Below are positions 52,980 through 64,000 of a DNA stretch of 64,000 nt, one piece after another. How positions within the stretch are numbered: position 1 is the stretch's first letter; every line of letters begins with the position of its first letter. A program made the position numbers and the translations under genes. Source of the stretch: Glycera tridactyla (taxonomy: Eukaryota). Below the pieces are notes generated by a model. The model did not search any database, had not been told where the DNA came from, and saw nothing but the letters and a program-made list of their open reading frames with translations. Location of the stretch: assembly GCA_965644265.1 (NCBI GenBank), contig OZ286463.1, positions 10,726,001-10,790,000 on the forward strand. The letters run 5' to 3'.

Positions 52980-55900
52980 GTGAGTGCCACCCTATGTCGC
53001 TATGCAACACCCTCCTGTCTAGCGTCATCTGTCTGCAGATGAGATAACTACAGTGCGGCCGATCGAATACGGTCCCGCTTTGTGGTTCTGTCATTGGCAG
53101 TTTTCTCTATAGATTTGTGCGATTTTGTCCTCCCTTTAGCAATAATGGTGGAATGGTCCCAACTGCAGCACTTTGTAAAAGCACAATTATGCAGAATGAT
53201 CACGAAGATATGGAAAATTGGAATGTTTCGATACCCTGGGTTCTCTCATCAAATATGTTAACTGCACAGATTGCGCATGATTATGCTGTAAATCGCACTG
53301 AATATATTAACAATATATTCATACTATTTTAAAAAACTAATGATATTCTTGATAACCATATTTATTCAACAGAAAACGAATACATGATTGTGATATCAAT
53401 CGTCCTATCATCAGCGTCAATCAAACTGTCATCAAAATAGCTCTGTCGATATGGTTAATGTCCTTCCACGGTAATTTGATGTATGATGATTATACTGGGA
53501 ATATAGTAGTCATAAACGAACCATTGCTGGATGCCTGAGGCTCCTAGAGTCCTGTTTCTGCATCTTCGTTGATGCCAATTTTTTATTTTGAGAAAGAAAA
53601 TTTGAAGGAAAAGAAATTCAATCGAGAAGTCACGGCTATCTGGATGAAAATTCAGACCACATACTTCTGAGAATATTTTACCTTATTTCATTGAAAATGC
53701 TGAATGATTATATTTCTTATCCATAAAAGCAATGGTTACTCTGGGGAAATGATTCCTGCATGTTGATAATGTCAACTTATATTTATTAGCCCACCTTTTG
53801 AAGAATATTGAGATGAGTGTGGATAAAGTCCTTAGTATATCACTCAGGAACTGACGAACATATATGAATTATTATTTAAAAAAAAAAAGAATTCAGTTGA
53901 TTATGATCTCTGATGTAGTGCTGGCTGATAACTGAAATATCCCATGTCTTTTATAATTTCAAAAACCGTTATTAATTGCTTTTGGTGGATTTTGTCAATT
54001 TGGTATCATTTGAAATATGATTAGGTCTAATGCGGCTAACGAAACTTGATCTCTGCTAATAGCTGCACTAGTTTCTCCTCGGTTTGATCCACATTCATGA
54101 TGCATGCTCTCTGTTCTTGCCTGCTAGAATTGGTTCATTGTTGTTTGTATTTGTAGATGTTTTGAGCTTTTCAGTGTGTATGCCGCTGCCGCTGCTGCTG
54201 CCTCTTGTGTTCCTGCCGTCTCATTCTGCATTTATTCCCTCTTGTCTTGCTTGCCATATTATCGCCACTATGTAATTGACCATCCCCCCCGTCAATATCC
54301 AGTTCATCATGAAGGGTTCCTCAAACAGATGTGATACCTTGGTTGGTATTTCTCTGTTCAGTCTTCAGACATCTTTAGTTTGTGAGTAATTTCTTCATGA
54401 TCAGCTGACTATCAAAAATTGAGATGAACCTTATAGTTGATTCTCTTAAGATCTGAGGATACAAATGCTAGTTCTTTTCATTGCAAAACTTGCTCACTCC
54501 ATGTAGAACTTGGGATGAGTTATTGCATCCAAATACACCGAGGAGTGTGAAGCAGGTCCCAGTTATATTTGATACAGGAACCAACGCTGATTGCCATCAG
54601 GCACTCTGGTTTTTTGCACCTGCTACCAAATATTCCTCAGGGACTGATATGCGGGGCAAGTTTTTGTCATGATTGCATTTCCTACGTCTCATTTTTGCCT
54701 GTGTTTGTATATTCTCCCCCCTGTCGAGACTGACTGGCGACCTCATCATTAGTTTTGTCTGAGCTACGAGCCTTGATTGACTGCTCCAGTCTGTCCTTCA
54801 CTGTTCCTTCAGATGACATCCCTGGCTGGTTCATTATGCATCCATTGCCGCTGTTCTCCGGTGCTCCGACAACCTCACACTTGCTCCCGTCTTGTCCATG
54901 GGTCACTAGTCATGCCAATTCAGGAATGAGAAAATTTGGTGAAAATATTTTAATGTGAAATGTCGCCATACTACATGTAGTCATACTACATGTAGTATCC
55001 AGCTGGATGTTTCGGAAAAGATACATTGACTATATTCCCCCAAATTTCCCTTCATTTCAATCACATCACTGAGTTGGACATTAACGAAAATGGTTGTATT
55101 CCACATCCTGTTACAACACATTTTGACGATTTCCTCGAATTGATCAATTTGGAAATGAAGTCTGAAAAAATCCTGAAGACCAATTGATATTCATTATTTG
55201 AACAGCTAGATCATTCCTATTCATCGCATGTGTGGAGCTACTGGGTAGAACTATGGCAGACATTGCTTTTGTTGTCATCAGCCTTGAATGTCATCTGAAA
55301 TACCACATCACTCACCACTGCTTGTGACACGTCATTGCCTCATTGTTGTCTTCCTTCAACTTCTCCACTCACCATTCCCCCTTCCCACCGCTGCCGCCCC
55401 CTGCCAATGCCGCTGCCGTCCCCTGCCACGTCTCCCGGCAGCACCTCCCCCCTCACTCCCCCCAGCTTGTACTAATTCTGAGTGTCCACCTACAGCCCCT
55501 CTACACTACTCTCAGAACCCCTGCCTGATATCCCCTTAAGATAAGTGAGTGAAACACTTTATCAGTAGCTTGCATATTGCAGTTGTTCATCCTTTGCTGG
55601 CCAGTACATTAGTATGAAAAGTAGGTCATGCATGAAAATCTTATTGGAAATCAGTTACTGGGCATTTGTAATTCTTGTTATCGTGAAATCGATTAATGAT
55701 AAGTACTTCATATTATAGTAATTTTGAATGATGCATAGTATATATTTAATAATACTCATGAAGGATGAGTAATATACATTACAAAGTAGTTTTGAATAAT
55801 AGATATACTTCAAGATGCACATTTGTTCAGAGTTTTGCCCGGATGATGTAAATATTTTACGAGAAAAAATTAAGATTTTGAAGAACAGATATTTTTGTAG

Positions 55901-56909
55901 ATTGTAAATCATGAATAATTTCTTGAATCAGATCTTATGTAAAAGCAATACAATGCCCATCTTCCTATCATATTTAAAAGCAGGATTGTATAATTCAATA
56001 TGAAATGATGTTTTATCATGCATTTATTTCACTCCTCCCTCATGCCCACTGCCCCGACTCCTTTCTTTCACGGTTCTTTTCTCGTTCCAACCTCCCAGTT
56101 TCTCACCTTGTTTTGTCCTCTTGACTCCCGCCTAACTTATTCCCTCCCTCTGTTCTCCCCTTCCTCCTGAGGACATCAGACTTGCCACAATGGACATAAA
56201 GTCACACAGTACACGAGAGGCTCTTTTCTGGTGCTCCGCATTTATCGGGTACCAACACGGCTCAGTCAGAATTTTGGATCGCCCGCAAAGTTTTCGGCAG
56301 GCTGATTTTTTTTAAAAATCCAAATGGCTTCACAAGCAAACAGCTCGAGGTGACTCGCTCAGCCAAAATGAGCTTCCGCGATCTGAACACCAAGTAATAT
56401 CTTCCATATTGTTCCCATGTGACCATACTCCTTAATTGCAAACTTGTAGTATGGCTGCATATTCCATTCTGTTTGAGTTTAGCTTTTTCAGAAATTTGAA
56501 AGCTAATTTTCCGAGAGGCAGCCAGCGCTATGATATGTTGAAGTTCTCTTATTGAAGGAATAAATCACACACTGGGAGCAACATGGATAATCTTGTGGTA
56601 TCAGATTCACCCAGATGCTTGACATTCGCTATCAAAATTGTTCAAATTGAAGACGGAATTCCAGGGACTCAACTAGCCCTGATATATGTTTTATACAAGT
56701 TTGACAGGAGCATCATTTGCAGGCTGCAGACAGCTGGATTCTACGTCAACAGTGATGATGATGATATTCATGTCGTCTTGTATTCAACTGTTGCGTGCGA
56801 CCTTGTACTGGATTTATTTGGCAGTTTGACTGATTCTGTTGCCCTCTGGCCCTTATTTTCTCCCTAGGTGAGGTCTTCTCTCAAGGCCCATGGCGTATGT
56901 CTTTTCCAG

Positions 56910-57170
56910 AAGGGCCGCGTCTGATTGCACCGCAGCTCTCGATGGCACCACAGTTGCGTTCACCGACTTCGGCCGGACCGCCGCTGATCCTGGCGCAGCG
57001 CATGCAGCCGATGACGCCGACATCACAAGCGGGCATGCTGAACGGCGGCCCACCCCCACTGGTGTCGCCCGCCGACGCAGGACTTATTTACCCCTATGAG
57101 TACCCATTCACACCTCACCCGTACTCCTCCTTGTTGGAATACCCAACGAGCATCGATCAAAGTGGCGCTG
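56910..57170 (+). CDS. qki: Pro/Tyr-rich exon GPRLIAPQLS...AGLIYPYEYPF...SLLEYPTSIDQSGA (261 nt, phase 1-1); an alternative in-frame acceptor at 56868 adds 14 aa
   Basis: AGLIY.PYEYP and LLEYP motifs match the QKI tyrosine-rich region. Acceptor tcttttccag|AA and donor GCTG|gtacgt. Confidence 0.93.
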
Positions 57171-60100
57171 GTACGTCTTATGGAGTCCGGTAGATTTTGG
57201 CTATCGTGACTGCACATCATACATTCATATTCCCTCTGTGCTGCTTGCAGATCGCCCTTGTAATTCTCAATTCAAAATCATCTTATTATCTTTTGTCAAT
57301 TATTTTCCACTCATCTACATTTAAGTTAGTTTCAATGCATGTGAAAGGTAGCTCTGACCCACTGACTGCCCTGTGCAAGTGTAGAAGACTTGACTTATGA
57401 ATCGACTGAAGGGGTATTCCGGATCAAAGACCGTTTCAGGAGCCCTGATGAACTGTTTATATTTTAGTGCCTTGAATGAGTCAATTAGAACCCATAGTGG
57501 ATGTAGCTTCAGGTGTGAGTAGACTATGATTTCACGTTCGGAGAGGGTTGACAATCATGTGAATCTGCAAACATTCGGAGTGGATATATGTCGAGTAGTT
57601 TTGGGGTTAGGCAATTCATGAGATGGAGTCTAGCAAGATTAGTTCATACAGATGTATTTTTTTGTATTGGTGAGTGTGCATTTGAAAGGAGGAAGCCAAT
57701 GGGGAGCCCTTCCACTTAGTTGTCAGGATTGGGCAAGATGCTATGCTCTACTGAGAATTCTACACAAAATCCATAACAGAAGATAGCACCAACGTCGGTA
57801 GCTTGTACGACAAACGTGGTGGGAGGGCCCCATTGCATTTAGCTTAGAGATGCCGAGTTTCGAGTTTTTGTAGAAGTGTAATGTGTACATAAGTTGCTTT
57901 ACCATATCGTAGTCATAGTACAGCAGAATGTAGATAGATATATATTCGTTCACATCTTGAGTTTGTTCGAAGGCGTAAAAAACAGGAAAGACCTGCAAAA
58001 TTTGGACTATTTGTTCCAGCCAATTTCCAGTGAGTGATGCTCTTTTCTGGAGAGCCAACCTGATTCGAAAATGTCAATTTAGCTTGTTTCTGCCTTCTGT
58101 TGTACTTTCCATCTCAGTTTTGTCACAGTTAAGACAGATCACATTCAAACCATCGGAGTATCACTGCCAATCAAGTCCAATGGTCATGAGTTCTTCATTC
58201 TGAATTCTTGATAAATTCTCCATTCCACTGAAAATTTCATAGATCTGTTTCGTTCTCGATTTAGAAGAACAGTTTTTGGATTTTGAAGAATCTCAAATGA
58301 TGATTGTTAAATCTTAAAGAATCTCACAGAAAGTTTGATTTACATATATTCAAGGAAGTGGTTGTTCATTTTTGTTTTCCCTTTTTTTTTTAATGGATTG
58401 TCATATGTATTGAGTGACGCATCTGTCTCATTTGGAAATTGAATCTCAAGCAGCACAGAATTTTTTGCAGCTGTGTGTCAACATGTGATTTTGTGTGGAA
58501 CTTGTCACGGTCAGGTTCCATACCACTCTCCTGCTATGAACTTTGTTTCACAGCTCGCTGCAGAAACTCTCGTCACTGCAAAAATCACTCGTCTAAACAC
58601 TATCATCTCTTATGGGGATGAAAGCTTTCTGGTTCTAAATTCAGCTCATTGACAGTTTGTCGGTTCGATCCACACTTGAACAGCCTGCGTTCAGTATACA
58701 CTGTATTGGAGCGTTGTTCCACGTTTTGAAGCCATTGCAATTGTCATCCCGGGTCCTTCACCCTTTTCTTGTGCATTACTGACTATCAGAATTGATCGCC
58801 TTGTGAAATTCCCAGCGTTGAATTCTGTGGATCAGTTTTGGGCATAGGATATGATAATTTGGATAAGGGGTTAGTTGATATTGTTCGTGGCGCTCGATGA
58901 CTGCAGTGACGAGCGTCTCTCCGCGAGGTTTGAGCTGCGATGTCTGTGAAGCAATTGATTTGTCGTCGTCATGCTTGCAATTCTAGGTTTTGGGATTCCG
59001 ATGCAATATCTATATAAATGTTTTTTTTTTGCAGTATAGTCCCACATTTAAAGAGACATTAGTAGTTGTGTATTCACTTGCTGAAGATGAATGATGTTGA
59101 TGATTATTGTTAGGTATGATGAACAAGGTGAAGATGTTATATAGGCATATATTTTGTGGGTACATACATGTACAACTGCAGCAAGTAGCTTGTTCCGATG
59201 TGGTTGTTTATCGTATTTTGGTTTAGCGGGTGTTGGTTTATATTTCTTCCACGCAGGGCGGATAAGAGTGGCGCACTGCAATGGCGTGCGATAAATGTAG
59301 GTGGCGCCTCCACCACTGCGGGCACAACTGCCTCCCCAATACAACCACTTAAAGCCAGGCCAGGTCGGAATCTTGGAAACGGAGTAATCGAGTCCTGCTT
59401 GCTCCTCCGTCAGCCAATCATATTGCTAGAACGTAATGTTGCTCATCACTCATTGGCTGTTTTAATTTTTCACTGTGGCCCTTAACCAGGAATATTAATC
59501 AAGGCTCCTTTTTGTGTGTTAACGAAATTAACCAGGTTTGATCGTGGCCGGCATCATTAAAAATGTTTTAATTTTAGACCCTGGCGTGATTGACAAGCAT
59601 AATACATTTTTTTCATGGTAAAAATGTTGATTCCCTCCAATTGTGCAATGTTTAGGATGACGATGATCATTATTTATTGTAATTGGACATAGTGAAGTAG
59701 TCGGATGGAAGCGTCACCATAACACAAGTGTGCGTCTTTGTTGTCATGTCATTTTGTCTGGTATAACTGCCATGTGTGCTCCACTGCCACGCAGCGGCCG
59801 CCACTCGTAATCTTCATCATATATCCATCTCGTTAGTCTGTCATGCAGACATCCTAGACTAGCCGATATAATTGCACCCTCAATGTTCCATATATAATAC
59901 ACATAACACGCAAGAAAGTGACGAAATGCAATGAGCAGATACCAGAAATTTGCCTTCGATGAAATCGACTAGGTACATCGGGATACTCTAACTTGATATA
60001 CGGCCAAAATTACTTGTGATTTTGAGGATTGCGACAATGGGATTGTGATATCAACCAGTAGCTCATGCAGATTCGTCACACTCTTGCTGGGTACTAAGAT

Positions 60101-62640
60101 GTTTGATTCAAATTATAACATTTAAAATCATTAGCAGGCCCATCAAACACAGCCATTGTACTGACGATACTTTGCGTAGCAAATCGCCAACCTGCGCGGG
60201 TGCGGCACTTATGAAGTTGAAGGTGGCTGTCGATTGCCAGTTTCTCAGGAAATCGTCGTAACCAATATTCTCACCTGGCTTTAAGTGGAAGTTTGATGTG
60301 ATCAGCCACCATCCTGCAATATTGTTTGATGAATGTTTATGTGTAACTGCTCATTTCTTCATGAACTTGAGCTAAATCATGCTGCCACAAGCTCAATACG
60401 GGGTGATTTTGCCCTAGTTTTATGGCTACCTGCAGCATTGCTGGCGATATGTCGAAACTTGATGTACACGAGGAGCAGTGTTCCCTGTAATATTATCAGT
60501 TTGGCGGGAAAGTATGAATTGTAAGCTTTTAGATTTGTAGTATATCTCGAGATGATAAGAATCTCATTGATCGGAGGAGGATGCACATTCTCAATACTTC
60601 AAAACATTCCATTTTTTTGTAAGTTATTTCCATATTGATTGTGATCAAATGCAACAAACAGCAGTCATGTGATTCGTAATACTTTGTATGACTTAAATGT
60701 GCAATTTTCTCTGGATATTCATCCATTGAAGAGGAGCATTCGCTCTAGCAGTTTTATTGGCTAACCTTTTTGGCCAGCTGAAAAATGTGGCCACTGTGAT
60801 TGGTTAAGTTATCAGACCCTTGATTGGCTGGTTTGTTTGACCTCCCCTGATTGGTTAATCAACTTGGCCAGTGATTGGTGAATTAGTTGTTGATTCTCAA
60901 GTGTGCCTAGATGGTGCGCAGTCATCAGTCGAAACTAATTTAATAGTCGCTAACCTCAGTATATCTTTAACACAACTGAATGGTCAGTCCACACCAGCTT
61001 CAAGTTGTTAAATCACCATTTTCTAATAATTGTGTACCGGCATCATTTGATCCACATTTATCCTTGATAAGGCTATGCATGTATCATCAACATACGCAGT
61101 TGTGTACCTCATGATGCCAGTGCGTGTTTACGGTATTGGAGAGCATTCAGCTCATTGGACGGTGTTGGTATAATGTAATATTACCAAGTTTTTTCACACG
61201 ATGCAGCACTATTGAAAGCAACGTAACTTGTGGTAGCACATCATGTTCCACTTGTGTCTCTGTACTCATCGTTCCACAGTATTTAGTATTTGATCCACCC
61301 GCATGTCATTCATGCTCAGTGATTCTCCTGTATTGAGCCACTTCAGGATGGCCAGAGGTAAAATTGCACCCTCATTTTATAAGTGCTTAGCGGTCTCATC
61401 AAACTACTGTTTACAAATGCAAATATACCAACTTTCTGAAGAACTGATTTGTTATACTCAGACATTCCACTGCACGAAATGCGGTCTATATATATAGCTT
61501 ATGTGATTCTACATGAAGGAGAATATTCAGCTGTTTCATAACTTTCAGACTTATTTTTGTGGGCACAAATTAATTGCACATGCCGTTGTGGTCATGAAAC
61601 ATTGTCAATCACTTGGCTGATGTTTTTCAGAAGCACAGTTCTCTTCACTCATTGTTTTCATGATTGATCGGATGAATCGGGCACATCAAATGTCACCTGT
61701 TCTACCGGAACTCGCCTCGCCATTGTGCATTAACCACATCTACCAGCCCGCCGGGCAACCAGTGATAACCTAAAAATCATAGTAACCGACTAAAAACCAA
61801 GCGTCCGGTAACGCATGCTGAATGTGCAATGTGTACAGAAAATATTGAATAACCAAATAGAGAAAGTAAAATTGGAATAACCTCCCTAGTTGAGTAGTGC
61901 AGAGTCTGTGGTATAAAACTACAGAGGTGCATAGTGGTCTGGTCGGATTTTGTAACCATCATAGAGACCAGTACTTGTGACAAGTCTCTCATCTTTTTAT
62001 TGACTCATTCCATGGGTTGATGCTTCAACCAGCTCCTTTTTTTGTGCTAACATCAGCACCGTGACAACATCCTTAGCTGAGTTTGTCGGTTTTTATTTCC
62101 GTTTTGGCCATCGATCTCTTCTCCACCACAGAAATGACACTACTGATCTTACTCACATAACCAGAAACCCGTTCAACCCTAGTGAAAGCGTACAGGCTCA
62201 TGCACCCAATATCGTCATGTTCTGGATGTTCGAATCTACCTCATGAAGACGGTGGGTACATTTGCTTATGCTGACGCTTCTATATATTGTAGAACGGTGG
62301 ACAGGAATTGGGACGAATAGTGCATAGTTCGATGTAAAGGGATGGAGGGGTTAGCTCATGCTATATGTAGACACGAACAGTTTCTTTTATTATGATTTTC
62401 ATGTCATGACATTTTGTTGACTTATTTCGAACTTTATCCCAGAACCCGTTGGTTGACTGTGGTCACGTGGTTCAATATTTAGTTGTCAATTGTAATATTA
62501 GGAATGTTATGACCAAGTTATACTGGTTTATTTGTTTGAGCGCTTGAAGTTAGGGCCTTATTTTTGCCTGAGTTGTATGTTACCATTGTGTATTTTTGCT
62601 CTGATGTTGTTGATGTAAAGTCCGCCTATTTTTATACCAG

Positions 62641-62711
62641 GTGCCGTACCGAAAGTACGCCGAGTGGGACAAGTGCGGGAACACCCTTACACACGGGTGT
62701 CTCTTGCCTAA
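62641..62711 (+). CDS. qki: Terminal coding exon (G)AVPKVRRVGQVREHPYTRVSLA*, QKI-5/How(L)-type nuclear localisation tail
   Basis: Acceptor tttttataccag|GT in phase 1. GAV..KVRR....R.HPY.R matches the QKI-5 tail (GAVATKVRRHDMRVHPYQR). TAA at 62709-62711. Confidence 0.92.
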
Positions 62712-64000
62712 TAATATGAAAATACCCAGGTTAGTTACCGTTGGCAACCTGCTCTATTTTTCATCCTTGTTTGTTGTCATGCTTTGATGTATTGTAGTGA
62801 GTGGACACAGCAGGTTTCAGTTCGCAATCTACTGCATTACACGATTGGTTTGGCCTCTGAAGTCATGCCGATGATTCGGCGAGGAGTTCATGACGAATTC
62901 TCAAATGGTTTTGATGAATGCGTTAGCTTGTGAAGTGAAACCTCGTTGCTCTGATCATTTGTAGACATTTGATGGGCACTTAAACTTGGTGATGTTCGAA
63001 GAAATACCTCATTATTCTCAGCCATTTTACAGAGTATATCACCTAATTGTTGCTATAATATTGAATGCGCCGTGTTATCGGAGGAAACAAATGTCGTCAT
63101 GACGATCACCATTAGGTGCTTTGTGATTGCATCCTATTTCCAGTGTCATCTGCTCACAGTCGTGAAAGGGCATCTCTCCCAAGATGTAGTTTCACGATTG
63201 CCCCCAGATGGCGGTTATGTCTTTCACCGATGCGATCAATGTCTGATGCAGGACTGATAACATTGCACATGACATTTCGGTCTGTCTCAGCACAATTGCT
63301 AACATTTATACAACTGCGTGTATCTGCTGGTTTAGTGCCCGTCTAGCTCTCCCCTCATGTGAAGTGAGCCGCAATATACAATTGTGATATTTTTTCGTTA
63401 CCATATACCTTGTTATTATTTAAGAGTGAGACATTTTTAATTGTAAAATAGAATGATACACCCGCATTCGGGACAACAGGCAGCTATGTCCACCCGATAA
63501 AAGTTGATGATTCACTAAAATGAATTCGTCCAAATATTGTAAATGACCATAACATGGTAATTAAACAGCTAATCTTTTGAGTAACAGGTGATTCCTCTTT
63601 GTGCCATTGGAGGACAAGTGTTGATTTCTGTAAATAGTAGGGTTGGATGATCTAACAAGGCAGTTTCCATCAAGCTCGCCTCCTAGGTGAGAGAAAAAAA
63701 GTGGAGGGCTTGCACTCGCAAGTTCCTGTGCTCCTTTGTGCACAAGCACAATGGTGGTCATCAATGGAATCATGGCATCTAAATGATGATCTTCATTTGC
63801 CACTAGTTATCATGATTAATATCGTGATATTCCACTAGGTGGCTGGTATATCTCAGTGCATTGCAGTCCTAGTATGCATGAGTTATTAATACTTTGCCAG
63901 CTCTACTCAGCGACTGTAGTCGAGGCAGGGATCGCCAAGACCATAGTTGAGTGGGCGGTGTGACCTCAATCAAATTTGCACATTTTAATTGCCTAACCTA

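Larger units (their letters stand above)
1641..62711 (+). other. qki: Span of a Quaking/How (STAR family) gene; 5' exons including QUA1 lie upstream of the window
   Basis: Exons with canonical AG/GT ends and compatible phases join into KH-QUA2-Pro/Tyr-rich-NLS, collinear with vertebrate QKI. KH exon sizes (117 and 144 nt) match the human QKI exon sizes as I recall them. Confidence 0.96.

Noticed and set aside
1-64000. Second gene, autonomous transposon/retroelement ORF, tRNA or rRNA
   Set aside because: No transposase, reverse transcriptase or other domain motifs in the ORF track, and no tRNA or rRNA signatures recognised. The remaining 60-150 aa ORFs look random.

Overview
Eukaryotic (animal, most likely invertebrate) genomic DNA. 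The window lies within one large + strand, intron-rich gene encoding a STAR/GSG-family RNA-binding protein, a Quaking (QKI)/held-out-wings orthologue. The 5' exons (QUA1) are outside the window. The core exons encode the KH domain (1641-1757, 14866-15009), QUA2, a Pro/Tyr-rich region (56910-57170) and a QKI-5/How(L)-like PY-NLS tail (62641-62711). The most unusual part is 43-57 kb. The QUA2 exon is tandemly duplicated (43206-43302 and 44017-44134) in a phase arrangement that allows only one copy per productive mRNA. QKI-type (ACUAAY) and RBFOX-type (GCAUG) motifs are placed reciprocally around the two copies, with candidate competing RNA pairings. Downstream are a duplicated pair of 18-nt microexons and further frame-preserving cassettes. 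Introns carry two satellites (45 bp x30 perfect; 48 bp x25 with a 9-mer higher-order repeat), several MITE families, microsatellites and four N gaps. Almost all other ORFs in the six-frame track are spurious. All exon calls come from reading the sequence by eye and from remembered QKI/How sequences. No alignment, RNA-seq or database search was run, so novelty is unverified.
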